Below the pieces are notes generated by a model, which worked only from the letters and a program-made list of their open reading frames with translations, ran no database searches and had not been told where the DNA came from. A stretch of 64,000 bases of DNA from Candidatus Aenigmatarchaeota archaeon (GTDB lineage Archaea; Aenigmatarchaeota; Aenigmatarchaeia; CG10238-14; SCSR01): assembly GCA_038999725.1 (NCBI GenBank), contig JAWBWS010000004.1, positions 717 to 64,716 on the forward strand, read 5' to 3'. The position numbers and the translations under genes are program-made. Of this stretch, positions 8,256 to 16,690 are shown in pieces (position 1 is the stretch's first letter; each line of letters opens with the position of its first letter).

Positions 8256-9797
8256 TCATGTCAACCAATCTTTTAAACTCACTTTCTTTTTGCTCCTTTT
8301 CTTCATATCATACAAAATTCCCTTCATCTTCTTTTCTTTCTGGAAAGCAGCCCAGTAATATGATTCATCTCTTGTGTCCTTTGTCAAGAGAAAAATTACT
8401 TTCCCCTCACTTTGTCTTCCAACTCTTCCTTTTCTTTGTATATTTCTAATTTCACTTGGCACACTCTCGTAAAAAATGGCATAATCAGTAGCGACTATAT
8501 CCAAACCTTCCTCTCCTATGCTTGTTGTGACCAAAACATTAAATTCACCATCTCTAAACCTTCTTAAGACTTCAATTTGTTCTTGCTGCGTCATCCCTTT
8601 CTCTTCTTTGTTTGCCTGTCCTATTAATATCTCGGATTTTATTCCCTCCTTCTTCAGAGTTTCATTTATTTTTTCCACAGTAGCTCTGTAATTTGCGAAA
8701 ACTATAATTTTCGCCTTGGAATTTTCCCTCAATAAATCATTAATCAAAAATCTGAGTTTTGTAAGTTTAGGATGTTCTACTCCATTTTTTCTTATTTTTT
8801 CTATAAGTCTCAAAACCTCTTTCATTCTCACATCATTTGCAATCTTCTTGTCAACCCTTTTTTTACTTTTCATAAACTTTTGTAGGTAATCATAAAGAGA
8901 TGAAATTTCCTGTGTTTCAAGAAGTTCCATAGCATGCTCAATTTTTATCGCTTCAGCTAGCTTCATCATCGCCCAAGCAAGCGTGTAATTTTTCGAGCCT
9001 TGCATGTATTTAGCCGCAATAACATTCTGTAAATTGAGCAAGAGCTTTTTTGGTGGCCTGCTCGTGTTGAGGAAGCCGTGATCTTTAAGCCAAGCTATTG
9101 GCTCTTTCAGCATTTGCTCAAGCAAACCTTTAATCATTTTCATCTCTTCTGGCAAATCAACATAAATCCAGTCTTTGAATATAGGTTTCACATACACCTT
9201 AACATCTTCATCAGCTTCTGTTCTTATTTCAACAGCTTCTATGAAAAGATTTTCTTTTATTTCTTCAATTCTTTCAAAGCTACCGCCAGGAGAGGCTGTC
9301 AAGCCAAGAATTAAAGGGCGCTTTGCCTGTTCTTTATATTTCTTTGCAACAAAAGTGTAAGAATACTCTTTCACACAACGGTGGCATTCGTCGAAAACTG
9401 CCAAAGAAAAATTTTCCAAATTAATTCTTCCAGCCTCCAAATCATTCTCAATTGTTTGTGGTGTTGCAATTATCACCTTGCTTTTTTGGTAAATTTCACT
9501 CCTCTTTTCAGGTTTTATTTTTCCTGTAACGAGGGCAATTTCCTCTTCTTTCAAATCTGTAAACTTTTCAAAGCTTTTTTTATGTTGAGCATTTAAAGGT
9601 CTAGTTGGTGCCATCACCAATACCTTGCTTTCAGGAAAATCGTTAAGCCTTTTTATTGCAACAATCATAGCTATTAGAGTTTTCCCCATCCCAGTTGGTA
9701 ACACAACTAAAGTGTTTTTCTTACTTGCAGTTTCTGCTATATTTTTTTGATATTCTCTTGGTTCGATATCCTTTAAGCTTGTCATACTATTCTCCAA
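8256..9797 (-). CDS. hef: Hef/FANCM-family DEAH-box helicase (helicase module only)
   Basis: Walker A PTGMGKT, DECH box (AVFDECHRC), TASPG motif, inserted helical domain, and helicase C motifs (VTTSIGEEGLDI, QRKGRVGR). It lies immediately upstream of the separate ERCC4 nuclease gene. Confidence 0.8.
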   Translation of the reverse strand: MENSMTSLKDIEPREYQKNIAETASKKNTLVVLPTGMGKTLIAMIVAIKRLNDFPESKVLVMAPTRPLNAQHKKSFEKFTDLKEEEIALVTGKIKPEKRSEIYQKSKVIIATPQTIENDLEAGRINLENFSLAVFDECHRCVKEYSYTFVAKKYKEQAKRPLILGLTASPGGSFERIEEIKENLFIEAVEIRTEADEDVKVYVKPIFKDWIYVDLPEEMKMIKGLLEQMLKEPIAWLKDHGFLNTSRPPKKLLLNLQNVIAAKYMQGSKNYTLAWAMMKLAEAIKIEHAMELLETQEISSLYDYLQKFMKSKKRVDKKIANDVRMKEVLRLIEKIRKNGVEHPKLTKLRFLINDLLRENSKAKIIVFANYRATVEKINETLKKEGIKSEILIGQANKEEKGMTQQEQIEVLRRFRDGEFNVLVTTSIGEEGLDIVATDYAIFYESVPSEIRNIQRKGRVGRQSEGKVIFLLTKDTRDESYYWAAFQKEKKMKGILYDMKKRSKKKVSLKDWLT

Positions 9798-10200
9798 TTA
9801 CAGTTACAGAAACTTCTCTTTCTCTCGCTTCAAACATTTCAACAAAAAAAATGTTTTGCCAAGTGCCGAGCAAAAGCTTCCCATCTTTTAATGGAATGGT
9901 TAAGAAAGTTTTTAATAAATTTGATTTAATGTGAGCGGTTGCATTTATATTGCCTTCATAATCGTGAAAATACTTCTCTCTCAAAGGTAATATTTTCTCT
10001 AAAAATTTTATCAAGTCTTTTTGGATGGATTTATCATGCTCTTGAATTATAAGCGCTGCTGTATTGTGTAAAGCGTTGAGAAAAACCATACCATTTTTAA
10101 TTTTCGATTCCTTAACCGCTTTTTCAACTTCATCTGTTATCTTCACGAACTCATTTGTCCCTCTAGTTTTGATCTTTATATTCTTTTGGAAAATTTTCAT
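9787..10200 (-). CDS. YjbQ/UPF0047 family protein (secondary thiamine-phosphate synthase-like)
   Basis: 137 aa with the characteristic FLNALHNTAALIIQEHDKSIQKDL...HIKSNLL...LLLGTWQNIFFVEM pattern of the YjbQ family. Confidence 0.7.
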   Translation of the reverse strand: MKIFQKNIKIKTRGTNEFVKITDEVEKAVKESKIKNGMVFLNALHNTAALIIQEHDKSIQKDLIKFLEKILPLREKYFHDYEGNINATAHIKSNLLKTFLTIPLKDGKLLLGTWQNIFFVEMFEAREREVSVTVIGE

Positions 10201-10238
10201 AGTTAAATTTTAATTAGATTTAAATATAAGCAGTTACC

Positions 10239-10919
10239 ATGAGAGTTGCTGTGTTGTTCAGTGGAGGGAAAGACTCAACTTATGCTACTTACCTTGCTAA
10301 AAAACAGGGCTATGAAATCAAGTATTTGGTCACAATAATTCCTCAAAGAGAAGACTCTTGGATGTTTCATTATCCTTGCATAAATTTAACAAAATTGCAA
10401 GCCAAGGCCCTTGGTATTAGGCAAATAACACAAAAAACAAAGGGTGAAAGGGGAAAAGAGCTTGAAGATTTAAAGAGAATTTTGGAAAAAATAAAAAATG
10501 ATATTGATGCTGTAATCTCTGGTGCTATTGCTAGCAACTATCAAAAATCAAGAATCGATGAAGTTTGCAAGGAGTTGGACATTAAGCATTTAACTCCACT
10601 TTGGCAGAAAGATCAAGAAGAAGTTTTGAAGGAAGAGTTGAATGCCGGTTTTGAAATTATGATAACAGGAGTTTTCTCAGAAGGTTTTGACGAAAGTTGG
10701 TTGGGAAGAAGAATTGATGAAGAAGTAGTAAAAGAGCTCTTGAAGCTCAAGAGGAGATTTGGAATTTATGTTAGTGGCGAGGGCGGTGAATATGAGACTA
10801 TTGTTTTAAATTGCCCTTTGTTCAAGAAGAGAATTGAAATTTCTAGCTTCAAGAAAATTTGGGACGAGAAGACAAAAAGTGGATACATTGTTGTTAAAAG
10901 GGTTAAACTTAAGAGTTGA
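10239..10919 (+). CDS. Diphthine–ammonia ligase-like PP-loop ATPase (Dph6/MJ0570 family)
   Basis: N-terminal PP-loop VAVLFSGGKDSTYA; ~225 aa, as in archaeal Dph6 homologs. Confidence 0.7.
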   Translation: MRVAVLFSGGKDSTYATYLAKKQGYEIKYLVTIIPQREDSWMFHYPCINLTKLQAKALGIRQITQKTKGERGKELEDLKRILEKIKNDIDAVISGAIASNYQKSRIDEVCKELDIKHLTPLWQKDQEEVLKEELNAGFEIMITGVFSEGFDESWLGRRIDEEVVKELLKLKRRFGIYVSGEGGEYETIVLNCPLFKKRIEISSFKKIWDEKTKSGYIVVKRVKLKS

Positions 10920-10956
10920 TTCAACTTTTTATTCTTCTTCACCATATCTTTATTTG

Positions 10957-12372
10957 ATGGTTAAACTCGTTTTTTATGGTGGGGTTAATGAAATAGGCGG
11001 AAACAAAATTTTGATTGAAGATGAAGAAACGAGAATATTTCTCGATTTTGGCATGAGTTTTGCTCAATCTTCCAAATATTTTTCAGAATTTTTACAACCT
11101 AGAGTTTGTTCTGGCTTGAGCGACTTGATAGAACTTGGGATAATTCCAGACTTGAAAGGAATTTACAGGAATGATTTACTTGCTCACGAAGGCAAACCTT
11201 TGACAGAAAAGCCAATGATAGATGCGGTTTTTCTCTCACACGCTCATGCTGATCATAGCTGGAATATATCTTTACTTCATCCAGAAATTCCAATTTTTTG
11301 CGGCGAAACCACAAAGCTCATGCTCAAAGCAGCTCAAGAAACTTCTCGAGGTTTATATTATGAAGATTTTTACATTTATCGGGAATGTTTTGTGGATAGA
11401 AGGAAAAAACCTGAAAAAGAGAGAAATTTCAAGACTTTTAGAACTGGAGACAAGATAAAAATTAAAGACATAGAAGTTGAGCCTATTCATGTCGATCACA
11501 GCATTCCTGGAGCTTACGGGTTTTTAGTCCACACATCATCTGGAACAATAGCTTATTCTGGTGACATAAGAATGCATGGCCCAAAGAAAGAGATGAGTGA
11601 AGATTTCATACAAGCAGCAAGAAAAGAAAGATCAGAAGCCCTCATCTTGGAAGGCACAAACATAGATAATCGAATGGTAAGTTTAACCGAGAATCAAGTC
11701 TTTAAAACTGTTACCAAACTAATTTCACAAACTAAGAAGCTTGTGCTTTGTGATTTTCCAATAAGGGATGTAGATAGACTCAAAACTTTTTTTGAAGCTG
11801 GAAGGAAAAATGGTAGAAAATTTGTTACAAACATGAAGCAAGCTTATTTGATAGAGCTTCTGAATAAAGAAGATAAAAAACTAGAGCTTCCTAGTTTGGA
11901 TGAATTCCAAATATTCCTTCATAAGAGCAGTTGGGGAAATTACGAAAAGCAAGACTACTACAAATGGCAGCAAAAATTTTTAGATTACCCAAATGTGATA
12001 AAAGCCGAAGATTTAGCAAAACAACAGGAAAAATTTGTCCTCTACATGGAGTTTTTTGATTTGACCGAACTTCTGGATATAAAACCATCAAATGGAAGCT
12101 TGTTTATTCATTCTTTAACAGAGCCTTTCAATGAAGAAATGGCTTTAGATTTCAATAAGATGTTGAACTGGTTGAACAAGTTTAAAATCCCATTTAAACA
12201 CGTCCACGCTTCCGGACATGCGGACATATCTCAACTCAAAAAAATTGCTGAAGGAATATCTCCAAAGAAAATTTTTCCAATTCACACGGAGAGGCCAGAT
12301 CTTTTCATCAACCTCACTAAAAAGGCTAAGGTTATTATACCAGAAGTTGGAAGGGGTATTGAGGTTTTTTAA
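10957..12372 (+). CDS. rnj: Beta-CASP metallo-beta-lactamase ribonuclease (archaeal RNase J-like)
   Basis: MVKLVFYGGVNEIGGNKILIE...DFGMSF N-terminus and the HAHADHS zinc-binding motif, with a beta-CASP region. The ORF-track start at 10834 is a spurious upstream extension; the conserved N-terminus begins at ATG 10957. Confidence 0.8.
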   Translation: MVKLVFYGGVNEIGGNKILIEDEETRIFLDFGMSFAQSSKYFSEFLQPRVCSGLSDLIELGIIPDLKGIYRNDLLAHEGKPLTEKPMIDAVFLSHAHADHSWNISLLHPEIPIFCGETTKLMLKAAQETSRGLYYEDFYIYRECFVDRRKKPEKERNFKTFRTGDKIKIKDIEVEPIHVDHSIPGAYGFLVHTSSGTIAYSGDIRMHGPKKEMSEDFIQAARKERSEALILEGTNIDNRMVSLTENQVFKTVTKLISQTKKLVLCDFPIRDVDRLKTFFEAGRKNGRKFVTNMKQAYLIELLNKEDKKLELPSLDEFQIFLHKSSWGNYEKQDYYKWQQKFLDYPNVIKAEDLAKQQEKFVLYMEFFDLTELLDIKPSNGSLFIHSLTEPFNEEMALDFNKMLNWLNKFKIPFKHVHASGHADISQLKKIAEGISPKKIFPIHTERPDLFINLTKKAKVIIPEVGRGIEVF

Positions 12373-12752
12373 TGTCAAAAGGAGTTTATTCTTTGTTAAT
12401 AGAACTCGAGAAAGATCAAGAAATAAGAATAGGTAAGCTTGGCAAGTTCAAATTTCCAAAAGGCTTTTACATCTATACAGGCTCGGCTTTAAACAACCTA
12501 GAATCAAGATTGAATAGGCATTTCAGAAAACAAAAGAAAAAATTTTGGCACATTGATTATTTCCTTGCAAACAAATATGCTAAGATAGTAAGTGTATTAA
12601 AAATTAAAACAGGCTTAAGGCTGGAGTGTAAGCTCAACCAAACAATACAAAAGAATTTGAAAGCTTCAATTCTTGTGAAAAAATTTGGCTCTTCTGATTG
12701 TGATTGTGAAAGCCATTTTCTTTACTTACAGAATAATTATTCAAAAAGCTAA
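12372..12752 (+). CDS. GIY-YIG-like (DUF123/Slx1-like) small nuclease-domain protein
   Basis: GVYSLLIEL...IGKLGKFKFPKGFYIYTGSA...LESRLNRHF pattern typical of DUF123 GIY-YIG-fold proteins. Its start codon overlaps the RNase J stop (TAATG). Confidence 0.5.
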   Translation: MSKGVYSLLIELEKDQEIRIGKLGKFKFPKGFYIYTGSALNNLESRLNRHFRKQKKKFWHIDYFLANKYAKIVSVLKIKTGLRLECKLNQTIQKNLKASILVKKFGSSDCDCESHFLYLQNNYSKS

Positions 12753-12761
12753 ATTTTTGTT

Positions 12762-13136
12762 ATGGGGTTGATCAAAAATTTGGTAGGTTTTGGTTTAATT
12801 TTCTTGGCATGGTTTAATCCATTTGAGTTATTTTTCCCATTCAGGTTAACTTTTTTCATCATTGGCTTTGATTTAACTAGCTGGCAGGCAAAGCTCATCT
12901 TATTCCTAATTAATTTTTTCTTCCCCTTATTTGGTGAAGAAGGTTTGTTTTTGGTTTGGGTTCTTCTCTTCTTGCTGATTGTGGAATTCATTTTTTCTCA
13001 CTTCAAAATTTTAAAAATTTTGATCATAATTTCCAAGCCATTGATAATTTTCTTCTCCCTTTTATCGGCTTTGAGCGATTTTCAGCTAGCTTTGATAATA
13101 GCTGGAATAGATTTAATTTTAAATTTGAAACACTAG
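12762..13136 (+). CDS. Small hydrophobic membrane protein (hypothetical)
   Basis: 124-aa ORF with three or four hydrophobic helices. Weak support: the region also carries overlapping K-rich antisense ORFs. Confidence 0.3.
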   Translation: MGLIKNLVGFGLIFLAWFNPFELFFPFRLTFFIIGFDLTSWQAKLILFLINFFFPLFGEEGLFLVWVLLFLLIVEFIFSHFKILKILIIISKPLIIFFSLLSALSDFQLALIIAGIDLILNLKH

Positions 13137-13147
13137 CTTTTAATTAA

Positions 13148-13242
13148 GCCGAGGTCGCCTAACTGGTAGGGCACCGGTCTCGAAAACCGGCGGGCGCAAA
13201 ATTTTGCGTAAGCCCATGTGGGTTCAAATCCCACCCTCGGCG
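13148..13242 (+). tRNA. tRNA-Ser (anticodon CGA) with an unusually long (~27 nt) variable arm
   Basis: Acceptor GCCGAGG/CCTCGGC, 3-bp D-stem GCC/GGC, anticodon stem CCGGT/ACCGG, loop CTCGAAA, and T-arm GTGGG-TTCAAAT-CCCAC. The variable region CGGGCGCAAAATTTTGCGTAAGCCCAT forms a long hairpin. Confidence 0.8.
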
Positions 13243-13532
13243 CAATCAAATCTTTATATGCTTTTCGCTTTTTCTCCTTCTGACACCTTTTGGGATAAAG
13301 TTCAAAAAATAAGGAAGTTTTGTGAAAAGGAAAAATTGAATCAATACTGGCAAAAACTGAATGAAATTGCAGAAAAAGATAGGTTTTGTTGTTGATACAG
13401 CTAAAAACATCTTTGAACCCCAGAGATCTTACCATTTAATTTGTTGCCACAGCTTCTATTTCTACACCAGATTTAGTGGGATATGCAAAATCAAAGATAG
13501 AAGCATTGTATCAAATTAGTAAACGAAGCAAT

Positions 13533-14237
13533 TCAAACTACTTTCATCGCTTTATATAACATCTTTTCTAATTTCATTAAATTTTTTTGGTAAGGAGTGG
13601 TAGCAAGGTTGATGCTACTTTCTAGAACTTCTCTTGGAGTACAAGGTATGAGGTTAAATAAATCAGTACTCACAAAAAATAGATCTTTGTTAAACTCTTC
13701 CCCATATCCCAAATTAAGCAATATTCTATCTGAGATGGACTTAACCTTTTCCCATCTCTTATCCCTTTTAACTTCTTCTTCATTTCTAGGATCGTCTGCC
13801 GACAAGCATTCTATTCGATACTCTTCTCCCAAAATTTTTCTAGCATCATAACTTAACCTTGGAATGTGCCAATAGTTTGAAATAGGATATACTTTATCTA
13901 TGTGTTCTAGACGATTAAGAAGAGAAAGTAACATCTTGCAATAATATAAGTTAGATAATGTACTATAAGAAAATGGCTCTACCATAATTTTTTTTCTATC
14001 GACGCCTTTATTTGATATGTAAGAAGTAATTGGATCCGCCTCATTTTTTCCACAAACTATGAGCATATCTACTGTAGAATTGTCATATGCTTTAATTGCT
14101 ATGTCAGCTCTTGCCTTTGTATGAAGTTGTAAACTCCCGTCTGGATTAACACCAGCTCCATGAACTATTCCTACTTTCATGATATTGTATAAAATCATAA
14201 AAGATTTAAATCTTTCATCTACATTTCCAGTACACAA
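13533..14237 (-). CDS. DUF218 (YdcF/ElyC/SanA-like) domain protein
   Basis: MKVGIVHGAGVNPDGSLQLHTKARADIAIKAY...MLIVCGK is the typical DUF218 core. Confidence 0.55.
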   Translation of the reverse strand: MCTGNVDERFKSFMILYNIMKVGIVHGAGVNPDGSLQLHTKARADIAIKAYDNSTVDMLIVCGKNEADPITSYISNKGVDRKKIMVEPFSYSTLSNLYYCKMLLSLLNRLEHIDKVYPISNYWHIPRLSYDARKILGEEYRIECLSADDPRNEEEVKRDKRWEKVKSISDRILLNLGYGEEFNKDLFFVSTDLFNLIPCTPREVLESSINLATTPYQKNLMKLEKMLYKAMKVV

Positions 14238-14460
14238 TCACAAAGAAAAAGATTATAACGATAAAGGAAAATAATATTATCCAAACAGAAAATTCTGTAA
14301 CCGCTACTTGATATCCTGTGCTTGATGGCTGTGAAATCCAGATGAATTTACCTTGTAAAGAAGAAAAAAATATTAAAACAATAACTGATAATATGACTAA
14401 GATTGAAACTATTGTACTTCTCTTATGAAACTTCCATACTTCTTTTAATATCTCTTCCAT
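14215..14460 (-). CDS. Small two-helix membrane protein (hypothetical)
   Basis: 81 aa with two long hydrophobic helices. It overlaps the neighbouring gene ends. Confidence 0.35.
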   Translation of the reverse strand: MEEILKEVWKFHKRSTIVSILVILSVIVLIFFSSLQGKFIWISQPSSTGYQVAVTEFSVWIILFSFIVIIFFFVIVYWKCR

Positions 14461-14858
14461 TTAAACCATCTTAAATCTATATCACATATTTGGTGTGCTA
14501 ATAGATTAATTCCAACGATTAAAGAATATTGAGGAAAAAGATTTAAAGTTAACGAATACAATAGAAGTGAGATTATAGCATGGAAAATTGTTCTACTTCG
14601 AGATGGATAATGTAATTTCCCTCCTTCATAAAATTCGGCGAATAATTTGCTGGGCATATATTTTTCTCTTAAAATGATTTTCATTGCACTTTTCCCCTTT
14701 ACCATAACAGAATATAAAAGATGATCCAAGTCTATTAAAGTACCGAAAATCACACCCAAAAAAATCCAAAACATACCAGTTTGGATATCTAAACCAAGAT
14801 ATGCAACTACTACGTAAGAAATTACTAAACTTACGGCAGCATGTTGCCAAAGATACAT
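14445..14858 (-). CDS. YdjM/DUF457-like membrane-bound metal-dependent hydrolase
   Basis: Polytopic 137-aa protein with a DLDHLLYS motif, as in the YdjM family. Confidence 0.45.
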   Translation of the reverse strand: MYLWQHAAVSLVISYVVVAYLGLDIQTGMFWIFLGVIFGTLIDLDHLLYSVMVKGKSAMKIILREKYMPSKLFAEFYEGGKLHYPSRSRTIFHAIISLLLYSLTLNLFPQYSLIVGINLLAHQICDIDLRWFKWKRY

Positions 14859-14980
14859 TATTAGAAATTGAGAGTTATAGAATAAAATTTTTTAACTGTT
14901 GAATTTTTCGCTAGAATTTTTGTTATTTTGTGTGCTTTCTTATATTTTGCTTAGATTTTTTATTAAGGCTTTGTGGATGA

Positions 14981-15147
14981 TTTCTGTTATTCAGCTCAAA
15001 AGATCTAGAAGGTTTAGAAGAAGTAGCTGCTAAGAAAATGAATATATCTCAACCAACCTTTAACAGGCTAGTTACTTCCGCAAGAAAAAAATTGCTGATG
15101 CTATAGTTAATGGAAAAGCAATTAAAATTGAAGGGGGAATTTTGTAG
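14981..15147 (+). pseudogene. Decayed DUF134/UPF0251-family gene remnant (C-terminal HTH part only) with a frameshift in an A7 run
   Basis: Frame 1 reads ...SKDLEGLEEVAAKKMNISQPTFNRLVTSARKK and hits a stop. After the A7 run at 15085–15091 the next frame reads KKIADAIVNGKAIKIEGGIL*. Together these reproduce the conserved C-terminus of DUF134 proteins (EEAAxxMxVSRxTFxRxLxxARKKVAxAxVNGKAIxIEGG). The N-terminal half is missing and a TGA lies immediately upstream. Confidence 0.6.
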
Positions 15148-15398
15148 TAGCTAGGAGATTTAGAAGATGTGGAAAATGATGTAAAAAAGATAAAAGTTTG
15201 GATAAATATTTTAAGCGGAACACCAAGAGGAACATAAATAACATAAGCAACAAAGACACATAACATTCAATAAAATGTCAGGAAATGCTAATTCCAACAA
15301 AACAGTTCAAACTAGAGTTCATTCCCTATCCTAGGCGTCCTTGTGGCCAGAAAAAGATTTAAAACTCTAGCATCAGAGTTTAAAAAGTAGAAGTTATT

Positions 15399-15899
15399 CT
15401 AAATTTTTTTTAAAATATTCTTTTCTCGATTATAAATTTCTTCTAATTCTTCATCTGTCAAAACTTTTATACTTTCCCTTTTTAGCAGGGCTGTTGTTAC
15501 ACCATCGCCAGATATATATTTCTTGTAGTATTGGTTGCCACCAAGGGTTTTTCCACGACCACAAGAAGGGCTGTATTGATTTAGATAAGCCATTTTTATG
15601 TTATGTTTCTTAGCTATTTCCAAGACCTTATAGGCACCTTTAATAAAATTTTCTGTGACATCTTTTCCTTCTTCGTCTATAACTATAGTTTTTCCATCAA
15701 GGACAGCATTTCCATCAAATTCTTCATCTTTAGACAGAATTCTCGCCGCACTTCTGGGTGTTGGAAGACCACCCAAAACTTCTGGGCATATAGGATAGGC
15801 AATACCTTTCTTAACTAATTCCAATATTTTTTGATTAGTTCTGCTCCTTCCTCTATAATTACATTTGATGCCAGTCAAGCAGGCACTCACCAAAATCAT
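15399..15899 (-). CDS. DUF523 family protein (TudS-like Fe-S thiouracil desulfidase family)
   Basis: MILVSACLTGIKCNYRGRS... N-terminus and Cys residues characteristic of DUF523/YbbK. Confidence 0.65.
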   Translation of the reverse strand: MILVSACLTGIKCNYRGRSRTNQKILELVKKGIAYPICPEVLGGLPTPRSAARILSKDEEFDGNAVLDGKTIVIDEEGKDVTENFIKGAYKVLEIAKKHNIKMAYLNQYSPSCGRGKTLGGNQYYKKYISGDGVTTALLKRESIKVLTDEELEEIYNREKNILKKI

Positions 15900-16012
15900 C
15901 TCACACCAACTTTTCTCATAAATACTTTAAATCCAGGGTATAAAAATCCCGAAGAAAGCTTTGGTAAATTCCACAATAATTATAAATTTAGTTAAAGGCT
16001 GAATTATTTTTT

Positions 16013-16690
16013 ATGAAGCCTGTGATAGAATTAAGACAAGTTAGTAAAGTTTACAAAATGGACGAAGTTGAAGTAATAGCCTTAAAAGAAATAAATCTCA
16101 AAATAATGGAAAAAGAATTTGTAGCTATAATTGGGCCTTCTGGTTCTGGAAAATCCACACTTTTACATTTGATGGGCTTGCTTGATAAGCCAACAACAGG
16201 AAAAATTTTTTTGGATGGCATAGATGTTTCAAAACTAAATGACAAACAGCTTGCAAAGTTAAGAGGAGAAAAAATAGGTTTTGTATTTCAATTTTTTAAC
16301 CTATATCCAACTTTAACTGCCTTGGAAAATGTTAAGCTACCAATGACGATCGCTAAAAAAGATAAGAAGGAAAGTGAGAAACGTGCAATCGAGCTTTTGA
16401 AAAAAGTTGGTTTGGAAAAGAGAGCCAATCACCTACCTTCTCAATTGTCGGGAGGGGAAAGGCAAAGGGTAGCAATAGCAAGAGCTTTGGCAAATAACCC
16501 TTCTCTAATTTTAGCCGACGAACCTACAGGAAACCTTGATTCAAAAACTGGGGAAGAGATAATGAAAATATTCGATAAGCTACAGGAAGAGGGTAAAACT
16601 GTTGTGGTGGTAACACATGAAATTAATATAGCAAAATATGCTGAAAGACTAATTTATTTAAAAGATGGGAGAATAATTAAAGAGGGATGA
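16013..16690 (+). CDS. ABC transporter ATP-binding protein (MacB/LolD/FtsE-like)
   Basis: Walker A GPSGSGKST, Q-loop, signature LSGGERQRVAIARAL, and Walker B ILADEPTGNLD. Confidence 0.9.
   Translation: MKPVIELRQVSKVYKMDEVEVIALKEINLKIMEKEFVAIIGPSGSGKSTLLHLMGLLDKPTTGKIFLDGIDVSKLNDKQLAKLRGEKIGFVFQFFNLYPTLTALENVKLPMTIAKKDKKESEKRAIELLKKVGLEKRANHLPSQLSGGERQRVAIARALANNPSLILADEPTGNLDSKTGEEIMKIFDKLQEEGKTVVVVTHEINIAKYAERLIYLKDGRIIKEG

Noticed and set aside
10834-10956. Upstream extension of the RNase J ORF (track start 10834)
   Set aside because: The extension overlaps the preceding Dph6-like gene in another frame and lacks conservation. The beta-CASP N-terminal motif begins at the internal ATG at 10957.
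12749-12991. Minus-strand K-rich 80-aa ORF overlapping the small membrane ORF
   Set aside because: It is a poly-lysine/asparagine low-complexity translation of an A-rich strand, judged less plausible than the plus-strand hydrophobic ORF. Both remain low confidence.
13133-13435. ORFs 13133–13435 (-) and 13204–13395 (+) around the tRNA-Ser
   Set aside because: They overlap a structurally well-supported tRNA gene and translate into low-complexity sequence. They are treated as spurious.
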